64,000 nucleotides of DNA, from the NCBI GenBank assembly GCA_964188305.1, contig OZ076892.1, one strand, 5' to 3'. The notes under the pieces are model-generated. The model did no database searches. It was given only the letters and a program-made list of their open reading frames with translations, and was not told the DNA's origin. The DNA is from Podarcis bocagei. Lineage: Eukaryota. Positions 23,702-36,300 of the stretch are shown here, piece after piece. A program made the translations under genes and the position numbers. Position 1 is the first letter of the stretch, and the number at the start of each line of letters is the position of its first letter.

Positions 23702-24719
23702 TCAGAGGCCATGATCTGCACCCACAGCATCCTGCACACTCTGGAATCCTTGCTCCCTGCACACAGGAGAAAACAGCACAGAGTGAGTAGACCAGCTAGC
23801 TGTCTCTGGCCCTTTAGTCTTCTTGGCGCCTAGAAAGATAAAACCTCAACCCAAGCAAAGTCCTTATTTGCTTAAGATACCAGCTCCCCACTTGGGTCCC
23901 CATCTCCCTCCCCAACTACAAAAGGTAACCAGAAAAGCTTATGCCTGTAGAGCAGATCCTTGTACATTGTGAGGAGGGGACTTGTGACCTGCAGGCGAGT
24001 CACAGGAAACCAAGGATGTGAAATACCCACAGGATCAAGACCACTTTATCCTCTACGTAGTACATATTTGATTGTTTGGATAAGACAACAGATGCACAGG
24101 TATAAAGAATAGAAAGCAAGGTCTGTTTTACTTGTTTTGGGACTACTGTTGTCCCAGACATCAACTGCTGCAAAGCCGCCAAGGCTCCACAGACCACAAA
24201 ATGACACAAAGGAACTGTAGTGGAGATAAGGTAATTTGTCTTGGTGGAAGTGGAAGGTAGTTTGAGACTGGAGAGAAGGGATAGGTGGAAGAATAGGCGG
24301 CAGCAGGGGCTTCCAAGAGGAGATGTGCCAGGGGCTAGGAAGCAGATCTGGAGGAAAGGCAGGCCGGCTAGCAAGTAGAATGTGGGAGGAAGAGAAGAAA
24401 TGGGTGTAAGAGGCAGAGCGAGAGACACAGAACATCAAGCAAGGAGGACAAGGTACTTGAAGCTGATGTAAAGAGTAGCAGGGATCAGCTTCTTGCAGTG
24501 TAAATGGAGAGCATACATGCAATAAGGAGCCCAGCATGACAACCTAGGTGGGAGACAGACAGTTTTGTGGTCTGCTCAGCTCCCTCTACAGCCTAATCTC
24601 ATGCTGGCAGCAATCTCATTCTGCTGTGCTTTCTAATCAGCACAACTTTGCTTGAATCTGAAGTAACATCATAATGTATCTGCAAAACACAGCTGGATTG
24701 AGGGTCCATTAGGTGCACC

Positions 24720-24796
<77 letters not shown>

Positions 24797-27700
24797 AGTT
24801 TGGGCCATCAAGAAGCTGGGAGCTGGGCCCCGCCTGTTACTCACCTTAACAGAGCCTCCAGCTCCTGTTTCACAACACCCACCACAGGTGGCCCACGGTA
24901 GGTGAGGGCAGTGTACATCTGCACCAAGGAGGCCCCTGCGCGGATCTTGTCCAAGGCATCTTGCCCGCTGGAGACTCCACCTACACCAATGATGGGGACC
25001 CGTCCTGGGGGGCAAGAAGAGGCTGCTAGTGGGAGGGGTTCTGGAGTCCCTCCCACCTACATCCCCTCCCTCCCTCCAGCCCGTCTCCTTACCTTGGGTG
25101 AGAGAGTACATCTCGCTGACCAGCTGAGTGGAGAGCTCTCGCAGGGGAGCTCCGCTTAGACCCCCAGCCTCCCCACGAAGAGCTGCACGCAAGGTGCTGG
25201 GGCGGCTCACAGTGGTGTTGGTGACCACCAGTCCATCAACGCCTAACTGGGAAAAAGGGAGCCCAGTCAAGCCTCAGAGCCACAGCCTCCTCCTATGCGC
25301 TGCCCTCCTTCCCACAGCAGTGGCCCTGAAAGTCTAGCCCTATCCCATTCTCACTTTTATTTAAAGGAAATTCATAAGACCACTTGATCAAAGATCTATA
25401 TATTTCCCAAGTAGCATATAAACATAGCTTAAGTTAAATCACAGCTGAAATCCACAGTTCACTAAAAGCAAAGGTATGTAAAGCCACCTCAATTCAAAAA
25501 AACGATAAATTCAATAAATATTTAAAGCCGATATAGGTGACTAAATTACATGTCTGGGTATGCTTGCCAAATGCAATATGGTGAGGGTGCCTGCCCAGTA
25601 TCAAGAGGCAGGGAGTTCCAAGTGCTGCTATGTTCACAAGATTGCTCTTGCGAGGAGTGCAGAGCGGCAGGTGTAAAAGTGCAAGTTCCACAGATGGAAG
25701 TGATCAAAGAGGCCCACATGGGGCAAGGTGATCTCTTAAGGGAGCTGCTCTAGAACAAGGCATAAAAGGCCAAACCAACCAGGAATAATTGAGGCAGCAG
25801 CCAGACATAACCACTCCTGCCCACCCACCCCTGCATCACCTCAGAGACAACACTAGCAATGTCCTGCTTGTCTTGGGCCGTGAGATCTGGAGCAATTTTC
25901 ACCAGTACAGCCGGCTTGTGCTTGCATGCCAAGGCGTCCCTCTCAGCCAGCACCTGCCAAGAAGCACACAGCCGTTGGCCAAAGATCACGTTCACACTGC
26001 TCAGAAGGGCATAAGTTTCACACTGCCCAGAAGGGCACATTATTACAAGCCATGGAGCGCAGCACAACACACCTAGGAGAGGGGAACTGCCCCTGCTATG
26101 AACTAGGGACAGAAGCGGAGCTCTGCAGAGCAGGAGAGGCTCAACAGCAGGATCCAAAGGGCAGGTATGGAAGGAGGGCGAGATAGAAGCAGCCTCCTGT
26201 TGGTCCACCACCAATATCTGGAGGCAAGGCTGCCATACTTATACAAGGTTCTCAATCAGGCATGCACTCAACTCCTGCAGTAGGATTTCTGAACAATGTA
26301 CCAGCAAAGCCCTGGCTTTCCTTTGCCAGGCACTGTTCAATAAATGTGAAATGGGAGCAGCAGGCTGCTTCTCCTTTGCTCCAAGCAGCTGCTGCCCTCC
26401 GCCCAGAAAGCAGGTGCTTAAATGTGCGTCAGAGGCTGCCCTGGCTGCTTACTGGAGGGGACCGAGAGGACAGGTAATGCTCTTGGGCAAGAGACCCACC
26501 TTGGCCAACAGGAGGCGCAGCTCCGCTTTGCCTTGAAGGGCCCGCAGTCCCGGCGTGTTGGGGCTGGAAACATTCACCACCAGGTAATCAGCCAGCGGGC
26601 CCAGCACACGCACACCTGCCACGTAGTCAGCTGCTGCATCTGCAGAGGCCTTGTTCTTGCCAAGATTTATTCCAAGAGGCATCCCCGCTAGGAAGGGAGA
26701 GGATGCACAAACAGAAGCCAGTCAGACAGGGAGGGCCAGAGCAAAGATGACTACTACGTGAGGAATCCCTGATGAGGGGGCAGACACATAAGAGATTTCC
26801 CCAGGGAGAGCACAGGGCCACGGTGGGCCTGTTAGGGCTGGGCAAAAGGAAGCAGCCACTGGCACTCAGGCAGGCACTGCTCCTGACCAGAGTTGCTCTG
26901 GGAAGGGTTCAGGGCAGGATCCAGAACTCCTCCACTAATCAACTGCAACATTATTTGCTCCTTGCCACTCTTCACGTTCCCTGAAAGCTCCTCTCCAGAT
27001 CTGACTGCCACAAGCATGTACTAGCACAGCAGCAATTGGGTGGGGGGAAGAAGGGGGCTGGGATTTTCCATGGCTCATGGGCAGGGAGGACACAAGCCAC
27101 CTCACCTGAGCTGAGCTGACGCTGAGTTTCTTGTCGGGCTCGAAGTCTGTGCTCCACCACTGCATGCCCGTGGCTGTTGAACCCATACCTAGAAAGTGGT
27201 GGACACAGCTCAGGTGAATACAGCTCAGGTGGACACAGCTCAGGTGAATACCACCACCCCTCTCTTCCCCAATGCATCACCTCCTCCTCCACTGCAGTAG
27301 AGGCTTGTCAAAGGCTCACCCTCGCCACCCACCTCTCTTCCAGCCTCCTACCTGTTAATAATGGCCTGGTCCTCTGGCAGCCGGAAGACGCGGGGCCTGG
27401 GGTTCCCCTCTTGGGGCTCTGGGGTGACACTCCCCACCTCCACAAAGCCAAATCCCATCTTGTAGAGTCCATCTACAGCCTCTCCATGCTTGTCAAAACC
27501 AGCAGCCAGGCCAAGAGGGTTCCGAAACCGGCGCCCAAAGACTTCCACTGCCTGGGAAGCCAATTAAGCACCTGTTAACCAGCAGAAAGCCTTAGGCAGC
27601 AGAAGAGACAGGCAAGGCCCCATCCTGTCCCAGGAGAGAGAGGGCATGCCAGGCCCACAGGAAGGGATTGGGAGCAGTAGGATGAGAGGCAGGGCCCAAA

Positions 27701-29158
27701 GCAGGAGCACAGCAGCCTCTGGCCGCCAGCCACCTGCATAGTTTACGCACCAATGCATCCGAGTCAGCTTGGCTTGAGCAGGGCAGGATCCCCAGAGCCG
27801 CAAAGCGCACAGCCAGCCTGTGGGCTGTCTCAGGGCCCACCACTCTCTGCAGGAGTGGCATCAGCTGCGCAGCGTAGAAGTGCTCATCTCCCTTGACCAC
27901 CAGGTATGAGGTGAAGATCAGGCTGCCCCCACCGAGAATCACTGTTGCCTCCTTAAAGCGTCGCTGGGAGAGCAAAGAGAGTGAGATACACCCCCAAGCC
28001 TACAGCCCACCCAACCCCCGGAGAACGGGAGGAGGAAGGTCTACCACCCTGCTCCACCCTAACACACCCACAGAACTCTGTCTGGAATATCTGGGTTAAA
28101 GCCCAAGTTGGCTTTGGCTAGACCTGGCCAAGCTACGCTGCCTCATCACCCCAGTTGGGATAAATACTGACCCTAAAACTGAGAAAGCAGCTGGTCCGTA
28201 TGGGGCACTCTGAAAGGGCTAAACGCAGCAGGAATCCTGTTGAAGAGCTGCTGGTACTACCTGGGATGGCAAAAGGGGAGGATTTCAGATGCCGAAACAC
28301 AAGGAAGGCATAGCTTCCAATTACTACTGGTTCCTGGCAATGACTGGCCGGATCTGACAGGAGGCCTTTTGGTAGAGGAATCTGCCTCAAGCCCTTCAGC
28401 AGCTGCATGGCAGGCACGAGAACCATTGCTGCTCAGCAAAAGCTGCACCGGCTCAACCTCTGCGTGCCTTGGCTGTTGCTCCAGCCTACCCCAAAGGAGC
28501 AACACACGGTTTGCTCTCACAGCTGGCCACTGGAGCCCTCCCAGCAACTACGTTCAAGCTGCACGGTTCACTAAGGAACGGCAAGGAGCTGCTTCCCCCC
28601 CACCCCCCGACAGATTTTTGGACCACCTAGGTCATGGCCGCTTGCTCTGACTGGCATCGGCTCCTTCCTCTCTCGAAGGCATGATACCTGCCCTGCAAAC
28701 TTCGCTTAGTCCCCTTCTAGCAGTAAGAGGAGTTAAGCGCTTTTATAGGTAGTGAAGGAGTTGCAACTTTCCCCTTGAATTGGAGGCTGGTATCCTATTT
28801 CTGGGCAACAACAGCTGCAAGACAGCATATCGTCCTACAGCGCATCAAGACAGAAGAATCCACTCCGCATTTCCCCATTAGTTGCTTCAAACCAGCAACA
28901 CGGATGGCTAGGTGGGTGCGCGCGCGCAGAGCACTGCGGGAGGCAAATAAGTTGCCCACCGAGTATCGCCTGCGCTGTCTGGCAAAGGCGGGCCTCCCTC
29001 CAGACTCTCCCCGGCAGAGCAAAGGCTCTTTCTTCACAGGGTACCTCGACCTGCAAAATGCCTGCTCTGGCACGAAGCTACGGCCCACCCTTGAGTCCAG
29101 CGCCCGCCCGCTGTGCGACCTTCCTCACCCAGAGCGACGCGCCCGCAGCTCCCGCCAT
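23702..29158 (-). CDS. DHODH: Dihydroorotate dehydrogenase (quinone), mitochondrial, about 398 aa
   Basis: 9 exons, 1197 nt: 29129-29158, 27751-27963, 27352-27551, 27106-27188, 26500-26687, 25840-25953, 25093-25246, 24845-25004, 23702-23756. Motifs [37 protein letters not shown]. Minus-strand AATAAA at 23067-23062. Confidence 0.96.
24723..24794. repeat. Compound (CT)n(CA)n microsatellite in the last DHODH intron
   Basis: Read directly from the sequence. Confidence 0.95.
27198..27251. repeat. 15-bp tandem repeat (GGTGGACACAGCTCA / GGTGAATACAGCTCA alternating)
   Basis: About 3.6 units with a 30-bp higher-order period, abutting the DHODH exon 4 acceptor. Confidence 0.85.
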
Positions 29159-30338
29159 GGCAGCAAAAGGAGGGTGCACATGGGCTCCACTTCCGGCAGA
29201 GAGCCGGAAACTGAGCTACAAAGCGCGCTGCACTATAAACACACAAGAGGCAAAACTTCCGTCTTCTTTTATAGTCTCTCAATTCCCGAGTTTAGGGGCA
29301 GCCTCGATTAGATTCTGCCTTCCCCCCCGAAATGATCCCAGCAGGGCTGCAGATCGAGCGCTCAGGGGCAGCCGAAAGCCGTGTGCATACCGAAAAGTTG
29401 CCTTTTACAGTATTTAAAAACCGCTCGCATTTCCCATGCAAAATAAAACCCTTTTAATGCAGCTTCGCTCTCTTTGGTCCAGTTTGAATAGTTGCCCATC
29501 TTTTTTTCGCAATGTTGTGTCGGGTGCTAAGACTTCGCAGAGTGATATGAAAAGAAAATGATATCAACAACGGAAGAAATATTATGGGCTGCCCGAAAAA
29601 GTCCTTATGGACCCCAGCCCCATATACAACCCGTCTCCCGACCCAGAAATCGCAGGTGGGGCTTTACCCCACCGCCATCATCTCCAAGTCCCTTCCTCCA
29701 GCCAACCAAGCAGGACCGATCTCCGGGACCCCTGTTCCCCAGGCTGCCCCTTCCTGGAAGGGGCGAGGCAGGCCGGACAGACGTGAAGGGAGTTGGCCAG
29801 CATGAAACGAGAGAGGGAGAAACAGAAGCTCCCTTTGATTGGCTGAAGAGGCACAAGAGACAACGCGGGAGCATCTGGCAACTGCTGCAGATGATCCCAC
29901 CCCCCACCCCCCAGCCGTCGGGGCATCTTGATCCCTCCCTCTGGTGACTTCGCACGTGCAGCGCAGCTGCAGCAGCAACCATCACCCTAGAAACCCCCTG
30001 CCAGAGACAGGGGTCTCGGCCCTCGTGTTCCGTCCTCTATCCTCCCCAAGTCCGCTTTCTCTGCCACTGTCTGTTAGAACCTGCCCGGCTGCCCCCTTGA
30101 TTTCCCTGGGCAAGCAGCGCTGCGGCGGAGGGCGAGCTGCCCATAGCCTTCCTTTCCACCCTCTGCACTTTGTGGGCCTCCAGGCAGAGGAGTGAGCAGA
30201 GATCGCCCCGCTGGGACCGGGACGGTGCTGAGACTACAGGGTCCCAGGCTCTGAGCCAGCGCTGCCCTCCGCGCTCCCCGCTCCTGTCCCGCCCACCGAC
30301 TACGTCATCACTTACGCCAACGCCCCCTTCCCGGCGGG
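29159..30338. promoter_or_regulatory. Divergent DHODH/TERF2 CpG-island promoter region
   Basis: 1180 bp between opposing ATGs. ETS CACTTCCGG about 29188, ATTGG about 29838, CACGTG about 29953, GC box about 30289, CRE-like TACGTCA 30301. Confidence 0.7.
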
Positions 30339-33300
30339 ATGGCGCGCGGGAGAGGGAAGATGGCGGGCGGTGGCCGTGGAGCGTCTCTTGCTGCGTCGCC
30401 CGAAGGAGCCGCGGAGGCTCGCGAAAAGGCCTTGGAGGAGACGGTGAACCGGTGGGCCATCCTCTTCTACGCCCAGCGGGCCCTTCAGGCTTTCCGGGCC
30501 GGCCGCAGCCAGGACTTTCGCCAGCTGCGGGACGTCATATACGGTAGGGAGACCAGTTTGTTTTACGAAAGGGGCATTTGGGGAACATTCTCGCTGGGTA
30601 AAGGTATTTCCTGCTAAGGAACGTGAGTGTAAATAACTAATAATAATTTTATTAGTTATACCCCGCCCTTCTGGCTGGGTTTCCTCAGCCACTCTGGGCG
30701 GCTCACAGCACATATCAGAACATACTAAAACATCAAACATTAAAATATGTCACGTAATAGCCCTGGTTCCACTTATGTCACTGTTACTTATTTACATTTA
30801 TATATTACATTTAATAGTCATTAGGTGTTTTCATTTAAGAAATAATGAACCTAAAGCAACTTAAAATATAATACAGCCTGTGTCCCTGGAACGTTTGTCA
30901 TTTGCCTTTAGAAATTAAGGGAAATAATAATAATTTTTTATTTATACCCCGTCCTTCCCGGTTCAGAAAACCGGGCTCAGGGTGGCTAACAAATTTAAAA
31001 CAATTGTGATACAACAAAAAACAGCACAAAATACAGTATAAAAGCATGAATAACAATAAATTCAAAGTTCTAAAATAAATTTGGGGGGGAATCCGTCCAA
31101 TAATGATTTTTAAAGAAAATGCACAAAGTACAACTAACCAACAGCACAGAACCCAGAAGGAAGGTCTGAAAACAGCCAGCTGTGATTCTCAGGAAGATGG
31201 TTAGGATACATACATCCCCCCTTAAATGAATGCTTCCTAAAGCCCATCACAGATGGTCAGGAGAAGGGTTAGGAACACACACACACACACGCCGCCGCCT
31301 TTAGCCTCCTAAGTACCTGAAAACTTCAGAGCCCTCTTGAAATCTATTTCAAATTGGAGAATGTTGATGTGTGTATTAAGAGATTGAGTTTAATCTAGCA
31401 CCTTTGGAGTGTAGTTCTAAGAAACTCAACTACTGTACTTTACCATTCATTTTCTTACAGTAATTACTTCCGTGTGTCTATAAATATTTTAATGTTTCAA
31501 TATTTTAATGTTGTATTTTAATTTTGTTTTTAAGTTGTAATCATTCAACTGGTTTTTATTATTGCTTGTTAGCTGCCCTGAGCCCGGCCTTGGCTGGGGA
31601 GGGCGGGGTATAAATAAAAATTATTATTATAAATAAAATCTGTACATACTGCATTTCTGCCCCACAAAATGGGAGCTCCAGCAAGATCACTCACCACAAA
31701 GATTAAGACACTAAAAAAAAAGTGTGTGTTTGTGTATATACAGATACTAAAGGATATTGTAGATCACACACAAAAAAAACAAGCAAATGCAAAGTGACTC
31801 CTGAGCCAAAGGGCATGTTGGGATGAAGCTGTCTGTCTGTATATGGCCAGGGATACAAGATATGGGACAGGGCTTTGGTGCCCTGGCCCAAACCTCGTTA
31901 CACCTGGTTTGCTGAACTATCTGATTTTGCTTAGTGGCTGTTTTGACTCTCTTGTTCTTCTCCAGCTGTGCTTGCAAGGCCCCTAGTGCTAGAGAAACGC
32001 ATTGGCATTCAGCTGCGGATTATCCAGCTTCTGTCTAGGATTGAAGAAGATTGGACCATTGATACCAAGACCAAGTTAACACCTCTTGAATATGCCCTTG
32101 TTCTTTTGGATAAGATGAAGAATGAATTGGACATAGACATTGATATAATAGAAGAAATAAGAAAAAAAATAAAGGAAGCAGTAAGTGTTAGCATTTCCTC
32201 TTCTGTAGGCACTGATTACTGTTTCTCAGCCTAGTTAGTATGAGGACAGCTGTCTTAAGTTTCAAAATGCAGTATATTTAGGAAAGGGTTTAATTAAGGT
32301 GCTAATTCAATGCCAGGATGAACTCTTGCCTATTTTTCTCCATGCTTAAATTGGACTTTAAAATAAGTTCACAAAAGTTAATAGAAGCAAGGAGGCAAGA
32401 TTCCTATATGCTGGGATGAAATGAGAGAGAAATGTCTCCTCAGAGTGCCTGAGTTTATTGGAACTCAGCATGTTTTGAAAACTTGTTTCCTTCGGGGGCA
32501 ATCCAGGAAAAGCTGGCTTCTTGACTCTCCTGAGGCATACATTATTTCAATGTTGTTAGCCTACAGACTTTAAAGTAACTTGCCTTACTTGAATTTTTTT
32601 TTAAATTCTTTAATAAGTGGTCTAATATTACACAATGAAAACACACTGGGTTGAAAATGTGAAGCAGATCTAGAAAACTGCCAGAGGGATATCTCTCGAA
32701 CAGTATCTTCTTAGATTAGGAACATTCCCCCAAAGTCTTCCTTGCAAACCATTATTTTGTCTTTCTTCTCCAGGCTGTTATAACCTGTCTAAAAAACAAA
32801 GAATATGAACAAGCCAACAAGATCTTGAGGAAACACATGTCAAAGGACCCAAGTTCCCAGGTGAGCTTTCAGCAGGTATGAGTTCATGTCGCTGTTGTTG
32901 AAATGTGCCTCTTATAGGGTCATTTCACTGCAAAGCAGAATCATGGTTTGTCCTTCCCACATTCTCCAATTCAGTGAGTGTCTTAAATACTTGAGAGTTT
33001 ATTGTCCCCCTTACGCAATGAGAAAAATTGCATCCACAAGCAGCCCATGTTGCTACAGATTGTGGTCCACATCTCTAGTCATCATTACTTTCATGCATTT
33101 TTGACATTACCTAGACTGCTCTGGTGGCTTGGCTTGTTTTGTTTAAACTTCTAATGACTGCAAAAAATGCTTTTATCTCTGCCCTGTGCTGCAATTTGCT
33201 TGCAAGTACTGAAAAACATTTCCCCTTGCTTAGAAAATGAGATCGATGTTCCAGAGCATTATCCGAGAAAAAAACTTCGCTCATCCAGCCATCTGGAACT

Positions 33301-36300
33301 TCTCCTATAAAGCTTTCCAGCAGAGAATACTTCTGTATTTAGAAAGCTGCTTGAATGACTCTGAGCCCTTTCTCTTAGAGGTAAGCAAGGGTGTGGAGTG
33401 CTGCTTGATTGAGATGTGGGATGTTGTAGTGGGAGCATAGCTTAGTAGTTGAACATATACTTTGCATGCAGAAGGTCCCAAGTTCAATCCCTGGCATCTC
33501 TAGGTAGGACTGGGAATGTCCCCTGCTTGAAACCCTGGAGAGCCGCTGTCACTCAATGTGTGGTGATAGGAAACTATATGAACCATTGGTCTGGCTTGGC
33601 ATAAGGCAACTTGCTTTCTTCATATATTTCTGTGTGTTGCTGGAGCACTTGATATCACCCACATTGCCACAGCAGAACTCTTGCCGTCTAAACACTGTGA
33701 TCAAAAAAGTACATTCAGCACCTGAGGCTTAAGACAGAAGCCTCCCTGGCCAAACTGTTATGTGTTTGGGAAATATTTTTGTGAAGAGCAAAGTACCCCA
33801 CAGCAGAACAGCACAGGGCTCCAGTGTCACATTTGACATATATCAAGCTTGTAACCTGACAATGTTTTGGACTAGCAATTCCCAACAGCTCCAGCATCAT
33901 GAGGCTGTGCTGACTGGGGCTTAGGGGAATTGTAGGTAAAGCATCTTCAGGGCACCAGCTTGGGCATGGCTGCTGTATATAACTAGAAAAAATAAAATAA
34001 AGTTGAGAAGTGTTCTCTAGTAACTGTGTTCACATTCTCTGTTTAAGATGGCAAAAAGGGATTCGGATGATCAGATAGAGACCAGGCTCAATCCTTTGGA
34101 AATGGCCAGCAAGGAGGAAATGGTGAAAGAAACCTCAGAGGTGGCGGCAGCAGATAAACCTGAATCTGTAGGAAGATCTGATGAGACTTTGGAAGAGCCC
34201 CGGCCTGAGGCAGGGCCTAGAAATACAGTGGAAGAACAGCCAAAGTCTCTGGAGGGAGGCCGTGAGACAGTTGCAAGGCCTTTGATGGAGGCAACGGGAG
34301 CTGTTTTGGAGCTTGCCAAAGTGGTTGATGAGTGCCAGGCAGCTTCAAAGCCAGAAGAAGAAACCAGTGGAGCTGCAGAGCCTGCTGTGGTTGCTGTTGC
34401 CACTTTCTCAGCAGTTTCCAGTGACTCTGACAGGTTAGCAGCCTATGGCCTCTTACAGTTTTGACTCCCTTTGCCATGCTGGGCAGATGTTTTGCCATAC
34501 AACTTCTGGCTCTCAGCACTCAGACTCAAATTGCACCTGCTGCCAGGGGAGCAAGGTCTTGCGGGTGAGGTCAGCAACATAAGTTGGCAAACCTTGTGGA
34601 GCAACCTTCTGATGTTTCTTTATTTTGCAGATGCTCGCCTAAGAGGATGGGTTCGTATGGGTTTTCTACTCTGAGGGATGCTTTCAAGATCCTGTCCAAT
34701 TCCCCAGATGCAGATGAAGAGTTTTCAAAACTGGACAAGTTGGACTGGACTTTCCCCAAGCCATGTTTGGCTTCTGATTTCCACGCAGCCAAGTGCCAAA
34801 CGGAGAAGAACCGTGCTGCCTCCAGGCCGCACCCCAGTGAATGCTCAGTGTCCATAAGCACACTGGTTATGGGGTCAGAGATCTGGAACCCCCCAACTTC
34901 CTGCCGAGTTCCATCCAAGAGACCCGTGGCAACTTTGGTTGTCCGGCCTGCACAGCCCCAAATACCCACCCAGCCTCATGATACCTCCCGATATCCCAGG
35001 TAAGAAGTTATGACTGCTGTGGGGTCTGCTGGGGAACCGGCATAGCATGAGGCATTTGGTGCAACTTTCACCTTTGCAAGGAATCCATTAGAAGGCCTTA
35101 GGCCTCAGCCCAGAAGCTCCAAGGAAGGCAAAAGTGGTTTGCAGTGGTAGGGTTGCATCGCTGTGCATCTTCTCCCCCAGCTAGTAGAAGCAGGTTGCGA
35201 GAGAATCTGGTTCACATACCTTGTCTTAATTTTTATTACTCAGATTGCAAAGATAGCAGAATTGACAATACGGTCTCTGGCCCCATTAAAGGTTGCTAAA
35301 CAAATTTATTGTGGCAGAAACATCTGCGCCGGACTCTGCTTTGTCAGATGCCTAGAATGTTAGCTTCAGTTGCCAGACAGAAGGTAGAAAATGTTATTTC
35401 TCTCCCCCCTTCCTCCTTCCGTCTGTACCAAGGATAAGGGTTTGTGTTTCTGCCACCAGCTATTTGCTCATATTTAAGCTGCCATAGGTCTCTGCAGTGG
35501 TGTGTTTGCTGGGACAAATTAACCTCGCTCCTTGTCTGATACTTAACCCAGCATCTCCATAATCCTGGTTGTGTGTGGCATTAATTGATGCAGCTCAGTC
35601 CAGTCCCATCTCCTTGTGGGGTAGGCCTTCCTCACTTGTGTTTCTCTGTTCCATTCAGATTAGCAAAGAGGAGACTAATTTGTTTAAATGAGGATGAAGA
35701 AAAGGAGGTCTGGAGTGATGAGGATGAACTTTTTGGTAAGCAGCTAGTATCCTGTATACAGTATGCAGAGGGATTTGGGGGCACAGCTCTTGGATCAGAA
35801 AAGTAAAATATTTGGACTGCCTACTCGAAAGTGCACAGCAGCAGCACTGGCAAAATTATTGCCGTTTGCCTCAGACTGGCTTCTTGTTCTGCATGATGCT
35901 CAATTGTTGCTCCACGCACTCTTCTAATTAAAGCACCTGTGCAGTTTTGATGGCTTCTCACATTGCATTACCCAGTGACATCACAATTTGGGGAAAAACA
36001 CTGCCAGCATGGCAAGCAAAGAGAACTGTTAACTGCGGTCCTTCAGGAGGCTTGCTTAGGCAATACCCAGACTAGCTAAAGGCAAAACTCTCAAAACCTG
36101 GTAAACATCTTGCAAAACAAAGTGATCCATTTTGTGAACTGTGCTAGAATGAGATGGCAACTGTGAGTGAACATGGATGACTGTTTGCCACATAGTTTAG
36201 GGTTGCCAGATCTTGAAGAGCAAAAAAGAGGACAGCCTGAGCCAGGGAAGGAAGTGCACCCACATTCTTCTTTTCCCAGCTTGGGCTGGCGGCAGCAGTG

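Noticed and set aside
27198-27251. Short regularly spaced repeats suggesting a CRISPR-like array
   Set aside because: Vertebrate intron, contiguous 15-bp units without unique spacers, and no cas genes.
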